Source of the DNA: Octopus sinensis
Taxonomy: Eukaryota
DNA length: 64,000 bases
Direction: 5' to 3'
Assembly (NCBI RefSeq): GCF_006345805.1
Contig: NC_042997.1
Location: 65,286,001 to 65,350,000 of the forward strand
In this document: positions 14,493 to 24,418 of the stretch, in pieces
Numbering within the stretch: the stretch's first letter is position 1
Layout of the letters: the number at the start of each line of letters is the position of its first letter
Program-made: the position numbers and the translations under genes
Notes under the pieces: generated by a model
What the model was told of the DNA's origin: nothing
The model's input: the letters and a program-made list of their open reading frames with translations, nothing else
Database searches by the model: none

Positions 14493-15282
14493 CAAGTAAG
14501 AAAATGGAGGAGAATAAGTGGTTCATCAACTTTTGGGCATTAAAATGTTAACTTATTTATCAAATTGATAATTATAATAACATACATACATATAGCATAT
14601 TATTCTTTGTATATAAGATATAAGATATGAAATATAGTAATATATAAGGATACCAGTAATTATCCATGTTTATTATTATATTTACTGGTATCCTTATATA
14701 TCACAATATTTTATATCTTATATCTTATATGCAAAGAATACCATCTTTTCGGTTTGAACGGCAGTTTTTTCTAGCGGTGTCATATGAAATTGTCACCCAT
14801 AATTATCACCCTAGTATCGATCTATTGTATTTCAATCTGTTTTAGGGTTAGGGTTAGGGTTAGGGGTGAGAGGAAGGGTATATTTTTTCTTCAGAAATGT
14901 AAATAAACCTAATTTGTTTCTTAAACGAGGGACATATTCATACAGAATGTTTTCACCTCAATAGACGTCATTGATTGGTTGAAATTGCAGAAATTGGGGG
15001 AAAAAACCCAACAAATATTTTAAAAAGTATAGAATTTTCTCAATAAAGCCAAGAGAAAAAGATGTTTTATAAACACATTCTACCAGTATACGAAGTTTAA
15101 AAGTGTTTAGTTACGTAGAAATTATTTTTAAAAAACTGCCGTTGAAACCGAAAAGATTCAAAGAATAATATGCTATATGTATGTATGTTATTATAATTAT
15201 CAGTTTAATAAATAAATAAGTTAACATTTTAATGTCCAAAACTTTATGAACCACATATTGTTCTCCTCCATTTTCTTACTTG
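14493..15282. repeat. Fold-back palindrome of about 370 bp once the nested MITE is removed
   Basis: Inner 20-bp stem 14640-14659/14682-14701. Outer arms 14493-14609 and 15159-15282 are reverse complements. Confidence 0.85.
14741..15159. mobile_element. MITE of about 420 bp containing (TTAGGG)4
   Basis: TIR core atcttttcggtttgaacggcagtttttt / aaaaaactgccgttgaaaccgaaaagat (1 mismatch in 28). Flanking direct repeat (c)aaagaata at 14732/3-14740 and 15159/60-15167. TTAGGG x4 at 14842-14865. Confidence 0.85.
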
Positions 15283-15384
15283 AATTGGGTATTCTACCAG
15301 CAGTATATTGGATAGATGTTATCCCTTAGTGGTTGGATTCACAACCCCTAACCTTCTAGGATTTATATATATATATATATATAT

Positions 15385-16463
15385 ATTCAACAACAATTGA
15401 GGAACGGCTACAATAGGCCGTTCGACCCACTAGAAATAGCAGCCAGGGCTCCAACCGCAAATAGTAGTAATTCCGAAATCTAAGGAAAAATTAAAAAAAC
15501 ATTTACCCTGTTCTTCTTTAGACAATGCATTGTTTCGGCGTTTTTTAATGGTAAACCAGCCTGATTAAATTAAATTAAACTTAATCAAGTCAATCTTCCA
15601 AAAGGCCAACGCACTCATCAGTAAAGGAGCCAGAGGGGACAGAAATTACACGAGGCAGCTACATCCATGCCTAGGTAATATCTGACCTAAAATTTTCAAA
15701 TTCATCGTACTCGCGCCAACTTATCGGCAGCAAATATAAACTGCCGATTCAATTTCGGAATTAATCAGAAAATCATCAATTAATCAATTTAGGGTAGCAA
15801 AAAAATTCAATAGAAATTATTTTGCCACCAGCGGTCTAGTGAGAAAGAGGAAATAGCCGTTCCTCAATTGTTGTTGAATTTATTCATAGTCTTTGACTAT
15901 TTCCTCTTTCTCGCTAGACCGCTGGTGGCAAAATAATTTCTATTGAATTTTTGGCTACCCTAAATTGATTAATTGATGATTTTCTGATTAATTCCGAAAT
16001 TGAATCGGCAGTTTATATTTGCTGCCGATAAGTTGGCGCGAGTACGATGAATTTGAAAATTTTAGGTCAGATATTACCTAGGCATGGATGTAGCTGCCTC
16101 GTGTAATTTCTGTCCCCTCTGGCTCCTTTACTGATGAGTGCGTTGGCCTTTTGGAAGATTGACTTGATTAAGTTTAATTTAATTTAATCAGGCTGGTTTA
16201 CCATTAAAAAACGCCGAAACAATGCATTGTCTAAAGAAGAACAGGGTAAATGTTTTTTTTTAATTTTTCCTTAGATTTCGGAATTACTACTATTTGCGGT
16301 TGGAGCCCTGGCTGCTATTTCTAGTGGGTCGAACGGCCTATTGTAGCCGTTCCTCAATTGTTGTTGAATTTATTCATAGTCTTTGACTATTTCCTCTTTC
16401 TCACTAGACCGCTGGTGGCAAAATAATTTCTATTGAACTTTTTGCTACCCTAAATTGATTAAT
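15385..16463. repeat. Inverted plus tandem duplication of a 490-bp unit between two (TA)n tracts
   Basis: 15385-15856 is the reverse complement of 15897-16369. 15854-15973 recurs directly at 16344-16463 (period 490). Confidence 0.95.
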
Positions 16464-16494
16464 ATATATATATATATATATATGAAGCATTTTG

Positions 16495-18660
16495 CTAGTA
16501 CTCCCTTGCCGTCAGAAATGACGTCATGAAAATTATACTGAAAATGAAATTAAAGATAACAACCTTTATCTTAATACTTCTTTCAACACAAATTTTGTAG
16601 TGAAAACGCAACCAGCAATGAGTTTGCCTTGTTTTAGTTGGTTCTTTACCAACATTTTAATATTAATCCTGTTTGTACTTCTAACCAATATAACATAAAG
16701 TTGTCCATGACTGAATACTGGTGATGGTAGAATGATGCCAACATTATTATGGTCCTGCCCTTGTTATGTTAATAGTGATTGCAAATGCTGGAATAACAGG
16801 AAACTGTCTTCTACTCATACGAAAGGGAAGGCTTGTCTCACTGGGACGGAGGTCGATGCATGAAATGTGTAGCTCTCCTTTCTTAATTCTTCTAAGGATT
16901 TTTTCATGATTGAAAAATTCCATTGAGTAAACCTCTCAATGGGTTCAGGTTCCTTAACAACATAACTATTGAATACCTCTTCAAGGTCAGTATGTGAGGT
17001 GGCATCCCAGAAAGCGTCAGATAATTTAAAAACTCCACTGGATAATGTGTAACAGCGTCATAATTTTCTTAAGCAATGGTGTTAACGCTTCTATAAATTG
17101 ATGCCTCACCAATTGTCAGTGTTTATGTGAAGAAAAGTTTTGTTTTTAGGTGTCAAAATGATTGTGGATGATACTCTTTCAACTGCCTCATCCTTGTCTA
17201 GTAATAATTCTTCACCCAAAACTTCTCTAGCAATGATATTTGTAGATACCATGCTTTAGGGAATTTCTATGAGGCTTTCTTCCAGCTCTTCATTGTTCCA
17301 TTTCCAACCTCTAAGTGCCACCTGATGATGTCATCCTGTCTAGCCATGCCCATATTTTCAGTCAAACTGAGTTTTGTTACCAAATGCCAGAGGGGAGATT
17401 GCTTAACTGAGGACTCAATTACATCTGCATTGGATCCTCTTGGGATGGTAGGTACAGTTTGTCTGACGTCTCCGCCAAGTAGCAGCACCTTTGCACCGAA
17501 TGGTCTGGGCGAATTCATCATTTGCCTCATCAGCAGATCAATAGCTCTCAGATCATTGCGTGATAACATTGATACTTCATAAATAGTTAGAAGGTGAGCC
17601 TGCTTGAATTTTTCAGACTCTGAAGGGATTCTCATGTGAGAGTTGGAACTATCATGCAATGGAACTAGTAACCTGAGCCCACAGTGAACAGTCCTTCCAT
17701 CAATGAGCAAATCGGCAGCCATGCCTGTAGTAGCATAGGAAGGACACACCTGTTTTGCCTTCTTAGAGAAGCTATCAATGTATTGTACAGGTAGGTCTTC
17801 CCCGTACCTTCAGAGCCATCGAGGATAAAGAATCTACTCTGTCTTTCATCGTCATTGATGGCTGTAGTAATGTGTTCAAAGACCTGACGCTGAGCCTTAG
17901 TGAAGGATGCAATGCGCCGCGCAATATCAACTCCTCCAACTTTGTTTAATTTTTTTCTCAGCAGTTACTTCATGAAAGACTGCTTCAGTTGGGACCGAAA
18001 AATGCAAATCTCTGCAGCATGGCCCATGCGCTCGCAGTGTTGACTCATTATCCTTTAATGCTCGCTGGATGGCAACTCCTCGAGTTTTAATTCTTGTGAA
18101 AACTTTCATTATCTCCTCTCCACAAACTGGTGGTACAGCTGTGAAGGTTTAGCTGTATTAGCTGGGATGTTGAAGATGCAAATGAGAGCAAACAAGTATC
18201 TTAACTGAAATGGCATACTTGTAAGGGACGCTTCTTCAATGCACCTGTGCTATTCGTCATCATTTTGAACTAAATTTCTTAAGAGAGCAGCTTCTTTAAA
18301 TGAGCTGCAGAGTACACCAACTACTGATTTCATATCCTCATAACTTAGAGCTCCAGGAACGTGCAACAACAACAGTCTCAAGTAAAATAGTCCCTCAACC
18401 TTCGAGCTAACGGTTTACAGTCTGGAGATGGTTTTATCGCCTCCTCTTTGACTACGCTTCCATACAGTAGTCTACTTATTGAAGACATAACTGTACGGCA
18501 TATCCGAATAATGCATACTTTGGGCCTTTTCATCTGATGTCATTTTGATTTTGACGTTTTCGAGCATGTCATCTTGCATCTTGTGCTCTTCTCTCTTGTC
18601 TTATTTCTTGTGATTGATTTAATAATATATTCTTTAATCTTCTTGCGTCCAGTTTTTCCT
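16495..18660 (-). mobile_element. Helitron relic (PIF1-family helicase half of Rep/Hel, no Rep motifs seen)
   Basis: Minus strand: FYLRLLLLHVPGA..MPFQLRYLFA; Walker A-like DGSEGTGKTYLYNT (about 17780-17820); ATTGMAADLLIDGRTVH; FGAKVLLLGGDVRQ; RQFPVIPAFAITIN; QGQ..VGIILPSPVFSHGQLYV. Candidate 3' CTAG at 16495-16498 with a hairpin at 16508-16525. Confidence 0.9.
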
Positions 18661-18940
18661 GAGTTAGGCTGGGTGTTTTTTGCTTTTGTCTCTTCCCCTC
18701 TCTCTCTCTCTCACACACACACAGGCTAACAGTTGCCTTCTGTTTGCTTCATTCTCCATAACAGAAGAAATAGTATCAGTTAATGGATAAAAAACACTAT
18801 ACACTGTAAATAAGTTATGAGAGTACGGATGACTAAAGGTATTAGTCAACAGATAGCAAAAAATATATACTATAAATAAGTTATGGGATTATTGATAATT
18901 AAAATAATCAGTGAACTTATCACAAGCACTATATACTGTA

Positions 18941-18974
<34 letters not shown>

Positions 18975-19195
18975 GAACCGAAATATTAGAGAAAATGGCC
19001 ACTTCCTCTTTCTCATTGTTATTACTTTCTCTCAGTCATGGCTATTACTATCACTACTTCTCTCTCAATGGACTACTATTTTCTCTCCTCTCCCTTCATT
19101 TATACTACTCTTTCTGCTACTCCCACCCACAGCATGATTTTGAACAAATATATAAAAACACTATGCTCAATATTATATTGGAAAATTATGTTATG

Positions 19196-19236
<41 letters not shown>

Positions 19237-19799
19237 ATTGAGGTAATCAGATCAGATGGTTCATATTTGTAGATATTTATTTATATATTACATTTTTTAC
19301 ATATATATCATATCATATCATTCGGATTTCGGATTAGCGCTTGCTCCCATTCTAGTGGGCTTTTCAAATCAAATCAGTTGTGGGAAGTTTGAACATTTTA
19401 TAGTTTTGTAGTAGTGGGTGAGGAGGAAGTGAGACAGAGAAGAAAATGTGTGTATGTGTATGTGTGTGTGTGTGTATATGTGTGTGTGCGTGTGTGTGTG
19501 GGTGTGTGCGCGTTTATATCTGAGAGTGAAGAAGTGTTATTTCCGTTGGTCTACTGGACCGCCTGTGGTTTTATAAGAACTTTGGTCGTCCATTTCGATG
19601 TCACTGAGTGTGTGTTGTGCGTAGGTTGGCCTGGCAAATGTCATTTGGGGTCACACTTTCTATGATCATTCTGTGGAGGTGTGTGTGTGTGTGTGTGTCT
19701 CTGTGTGTCCGTGTGTGTTTTTGTTTGCGTGCGTGTGTGTGTGTGTGTGTGTATGTGTGTGTGTGTGTGTGTGTCTGTGTGTTTGGAGAAGGGGAGAGA

Positions 19800-19985
19800 G
19801 ACAAAAAGAGAAAAGGGAAAATAAAAAAAATAATAATAAAAATAAAAAATAAAAAATATAGAAATATAAAAATAAAATATAAAATATAAAATAATAAAAA
19901 TAAAAAATAAAAAATATAAAGAATAAATAAAAATATAAAAAATAAAAAATAAAAAATAAAAATAAAAATAAAAATAAAAATAAGG
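19800..19985. repeat. A-rich (AAAAT/AAAAAT)n low-complexity tract
   Basis: Direct reading. Confidence 0.9.
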
Positions 19986-20287
19986 GAGGAAGTGGAGAAG
20001 AAAAAATATTTTTGTGTGTTGATATTTATACCAACACATTATATATACACACACACAGACTTATACATAAAATATTTGAAAAAACCTTTTTATCGGTTCA
20101 AAATGAACAACCAAATTATACCATCTTGAAAATTGTATATCATAGGAAAGTTAAAATTAAAGTGACAATTAAAAGGTAAAGATGGAAGTGAATTATAAAG
20201 ATAATAATATAATATGATGTATATAACAGGCAATACACACATCTACACACACACAGATTTGTCCTTCAATGTATGTTGAGTAAAGTT

Positions 20288-20700
20288 TCAGCCATTTAAT
20301 TTGGGGGAGAACTTAGCTATGAAATGTTTTTCCATATTCCTCCTGAAGGGGTGTCGTTCTTCGGACACTTGTAGAAGGGAAATATCTTAAATTTTCCTTC
20401 TCCACATGTAGCTAGGTGTGTGCTTAGTGGTATTTTGCGTAGTTCTTCCTGCCGAATATGTTGTCGGTGGATCCTGGCTCGCTGGCACAAAGAATTACCA
20501 GTTTCACCTACGTAATTCTCCTTGCACGTGGGGCAGGTTATGCAGTATATGACGTTCTGCGTCTTGCAGTTCATATCTGCATTTACTTTGAATATGACAC
20601 CATTTTTAAATCTTATCTCTCTGTTGCTCTCTATGTATTTGTAGGTGGGGTTGCTGCAGGTCCCACATCTACCATCTCCGCACTCTTTTGCAAAGAATTC
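20288..20700 (-). pseudogene. PLE Cys linker plus GIY-YIG endonuclease
   Basis: Manual translation: EFFAKECGDGRCGTCSNPTYKYIESNREIRFKNGVIFKVNADMNCKTQNVIYCITCPTCKENYVGETGNSLCQRARIHRQHIRQ..LSTHLATC. One-base frameshift in a C-run near 20350. Confidence 0.9.
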
Positions 20701-20780
20701 CGTTTTAGTTTCTGAAGAGAATTTCGCTCTTGTTAGGTGTTTTTTTTAGGTTTTTGTCCTGTCGTCTACTGTTTTTTATG

Positions 20781-22130
20781 CTATATTTGTTTAATATGTT
20801 TTTCATTTTGGGGCTCTGTAAGGCTATTGGTAGGTTTGAATGTATGGTTTGGAAGATGTTGGTAACTCCAGGGTTGTGTGTGTTTATAAAAGGGATAGTG
20901 TTTTCTTTGTTTTTTTGTTTTGGGTGTCCTGAGTTGTGTGATGTCTAGTTTTAATGCTCTTGTGATTCCATTTTCTATTAGTTTAAGGGGGTATTTTTGC
21001 TCTAGAAGGAAGCTTTTGAGTTCATCTAGTCTTATTAATCGTATTTGTGAATCAGTTACTATGCTACATATTCGTCGTGCCATACTATATGGGATGTTTC
21101 TTTTTGTGTGGGATGGGTGGCAGGAGTGGAAATTTAAGTATTGATGTGTGTCAGTTTTTTTGTAGTGGATGTCTGTTGTGACGATGGAGTTGTGTATTTT
21201 GATGTTGATGTCTAGGAAGGGAAGTTCGTTGAGGCTGGTATCTATTGTGAAATTGATAGATGGGTGCAGCGTATTGAGGATGTTGTGGAATGTTTGTAGG
21301 TCCTCTTCTGATCTGTTCCAAAAGATGAAACAGTCATCGAGGTAGCGTTTCCACTTTTTCTTGATGTCTTCTCTGAAGTCGAGTTCGAAGACTTTCCCTA
21401 TTTCGTCACATAGTTTTTTCTCCAGGAAGCCCATCACCAGGTTGGCATATGAAGGTGCGAATTTTGTACCCATAGCCGTGCCTTTTATCTGTCGGTATGT
21501 CTTGTTGTTGAATGAGAATGTGTTTTCTTCTAGTATTAGTTGGGTGGCTTGGGTGATAAAGTTTGTCTTGAAGCGTTCGTCTATAAGTTCTCTGTATTTT
21601 TCTATTGATTGTTTTATAGCTTCTAGACCTAGGGTGTGTGGTATGTTTGTGTATAGATTTGTGACATCAAAGCTTGCAAGTATGGTGTTTTTCGGGACTG
21701 TATTTGGAATGTGTGTGAGGAAGTCTATGTCATCCCTTATGTAGCTTGGAATCTGTGGGCATAGAGGTTTGAGGAGTATATCTATGAAGTGGCTTAGTTG
21801 TTGTGTTGGTGCCTGGGGTCCTGCCACTATTGGTCTCATCGTGAGGTCTGCAGGTCTTTGTACTCTTATGTAGTGGTTCCTCTGTTCCTTTATGGCTCTC
21901 TGTATTTCCGAGCTTTTATGAATTTTAGGTAATCCATAAAAGTTGCTTTCTTTGGTTTGTGAGTTGCATAGATAATCTTCCTCCTTATCTGTAAAGGAGT
22001 CCTGATATTCATTGACTAAAGTTCTAATTTTTCTTATTGTTGTTTTCTCCGGTGGTGTTGGTTCCTCTTTGTAATATGTCTGGTTGTTCAGTAACTCTAG
22101 TATCTTTTCTTTGTAGTAATCTGTGTCCAT
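20781..22130 (-). pseudogene. PLE reverse transcriptase domain (449-aa open segment of ORF2)
   Basis: ORF track translation contains the RT core and thumb motifs with catalytic YLDD. The true frame extends upstream (QADKGG) and shifts near 20910 into ENTIPFINTHNP. Confidence 0.95.
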
Positions 22131-22521
22131 AATTACTATTGCTCCACCTTTGTCAGCTTGTTTTATAACGATTGATTTGTCATTTTTCAGTTTTTGTAGG
22201 GCTTGCTTTTCTTCTCTGCGGAGATTCTGTTTGCATTTGTGTGTGTGAAGAGGGAATTTGGATATTGTTTCTATGTGTCAAGGTGTTTGTCACATCCCTT
22301 GTAAGGGGTGAAGTGGGATTTTTTTCTTATGATTGAGTTATCTTCTGTTTCTTTATTTTCAAAGAATTCCATAAGGCGGAGGTAGCGGCTGAAGTTGTCT
22401 ATGTCATTTTTTAGTTCTATGAGGTTTGGAGTGGGTGTAGGTGTAAATTTGAGGCCTTTTAGTAGTAGGTTCATTTCATATTCGTCAAGTTCTCTTTTAG
22501 ATAAGTTTATTATTTTGGGGT

Positions 22522-23741
22522 CTATGTGTTTTGGGAGTTCATCCGGAATTTTTGGTGTATTGGGTCTGGAGTATGGTTGAAGTATCCTCTCCCTAAAAAA
22601 TGGGTTGTGTTGTTACGTCTCCAAATTCCATTTTCAGTTCTTAGGTTTTCTTGTAGTTGGGGTGGTCTGTGTGGTCTGTATGTGTTGTTTTGTCTTTGGT
22701 AGTTGTTTTCTTCCCATCTTCTGTGTTGGTTGAGCCAATATTTATTACTGGGGTTCAGGTTTCTTTGTGGGTAGGTGGATGGTTCATGTATTGTGTTTGT
22801 ATTGTATTGATAGTGGGAGTTGTTTTTTATCCATCTTGGAAATTTGTGGGGTTGCATGGGGTTGGTGTTTGTGTGGTTTCGATTTCCTTGATGTTTGTTG
22901 TAGGTTATATGTTGATTTCTATCCATTTGTATATTGTTCCATGTGTGTGTCCCTTTAGGGTGTCCAGTGTTATGTGTTGGTCGTTGTTCATATTCTATTT
23001 GTTCTCTCCAAGTGTTATAGGTTGTTGGTTGGATGTATTGTGTTCGTCTTGCTGTTGGTGTGTTTGTTTTTGTGGGGTTTTGGGTTGATGGTTGTCTTTC
23101 ACATTTTGCGTATCTGTTAATTGTGGGGTTCGGCAGTGTAAGGAGCGGGATTTTGGTTTGTGTTTGGTAGGGCTTATTTTGATGTCTGGGAGTCCAATAT
23201 GTTTGTGGTGTTAGTTTGTTGTATCTATTCATTTGTTTTGGTAGTTTTTTTGTCTTCATAATTGATTCTTCACCATAGTTCTTTTCGTAGTTTAAAAACC
23301 ACTCATGTTGTTTGGTCCACATAAATCTGGATCTTTCCTCCTCTCGTTCGGTATCCTCTTTCCATAATTGTTGTAGTTTTTCTTTGTTTTGGTTATTGTT
23401 CCTTTCTGTTATCTCGGCCATTATGACGGTATCGATTGTTTTAATCTTATCTTCCTGGTGTGTGCTTCGTGTTTGTAGAAGGGAAATTTCCGTTTCTAGT
23501 CGGCAGAGGGCTAGGTTTGCACGTATTGTTGTTTCTTCTAGTGTTTCACCCCTTATTTCTTTGATAAGAAATTTTCTAGGGAGTATTGGGTTCTTCAAGT
23601 CCCGCCAGTTTTGATATATGTTGGCTATGTCTTACAGCGTATGTTTCTCCAATAAGCATATTTGCGTTGGTTTAGAAGTTTGTTCCAGTCTTGGGGTTTT
23701 GAAGGTTTTTCTTGGTTTGTGTCAGTTTTTGTTTCTTCGTC

Positions 23742-23745
<4 letters not shown>
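22522..23745 (-). CDS. PLE ORF1: charged helical N-half plus Q/N/T/P/R-rich low-complexity C-half, function unknown
   Basis: 358-aa ORF 22522-23598 in the track. The upstream frame continues after a 1-nt lesion near 23633 (DWNKLLNQRKYAYWRNIRC) up to the (TA)n. Contiguous with the RT ORF on the same strand. Confidence 0.7.
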
Positions 23746-23802
<57 letters not shown>

Positions 23803-24059
23803 GACTATGTTTGAGGGAGCTAAAGCTATTTGTAACAACAATGTGCCTCTATAATAGGCTCAAAAATATTTTATAACCTTCACAGTGAAAAGTTAACCAG
23901 CTTCTCCGCATGTGCAATGGTGTCACTACTAACTCCTTCAATTTTCAAATGAAGAACGATGTATGTTCACATTTAAAATTTGGTCTAGCCTCGGGCAAAA
24001 GGGTAAAGCAGTCATAAAATAGTCCCAAGTCATGTTGGGAGAGTGGCTAAGCAAGTTAA

Positions 24060-24363
24060 TAAAGTAATACGCTAAAACTACTATCTTTTAGAGCCTTATT
24101 ATATACAGGGAAAACGCTATTAAAAATGTCCCTATCGGAGGAGAGGCTAGAAATTCTTTTGCTAATGATTTTAACTAAATTTTTAAACACTATGGTGGGA
24201 TGGCATGTACCCACAGTTATATAACTAAGTCTATCATTGGGCTTCCTATAAGGCTTATAAATATTCTCATTTAGATCTAAGGATACATGCAGGAAATTGA
24301 CAACCGTCAGGTTGGTATCTGTAGTTATGCTTCTTAGCATAACTACAGATACCAACCTGACGG
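24060..24363 (-). mobile_element. Fragment of a second, different PLE family (RT C-terminal/thumb region)
   Basis: ORF 24056-24355: VVNFLHVSLDL..YKPYRKPND..YI..CHP..KNL..ISKRISSLSSD..IF..Y..AL resembles the PLE RT thumb pattern NFLDxxxxL..KP..Y..S.HP. Confidence 0.7.
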
Positions 24364-24379
24364 CAAAATAATGTAAACA

Positions 24380-24418
<39 letters not shown>

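Larger units (their letters stand above)
20288..23745 (-). mobile_element. Penelope-like retroelement, endonuclease-positive (C-terminal GIY-YIG, Neptune-like linker), near full-length, frameshifted
   Basis: Minus-strand frames give in order: ORF1; IINLS..LLLKGLKFTPTP; NL..EEKQAL..IVIKQADKGGAIVIM; RT motifs FYGLPKIHK, MRPIV, SFDVTNLYTNIP, QIKGTAMGTKFAPSYANL, RYLDDCF, LPFLDI, HSCHPSHTKRNIP; linker ECGDGRCGTC; GIY-YIG VIYCITCPTCKENYVGETG; reconstructed end ..FIAKFSPKLNG-stop at 20288. The 5' side abuts (TA)n at 23746. Confidence 0.95.

Noticed and set aside
14842-14865. True telomere or chromosome-fusion scar
   Set aside because: Only four units, one orientation, and enclosed in a TIR element with a TSD.
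20920-23614. Plus-strand ORFs (21361-21744, 22657-23088, 23312-23614 and others)
   Set aside because: Antisense shadows of the A-rich minus-strand PLE coding sequence.
20288-23745. Naiad-type selenoprotein PLE
   Set aside because: The GIY-YIG domain is C-terminal, not N-terminal, and no in-frame TGA interrupts the RT segment.
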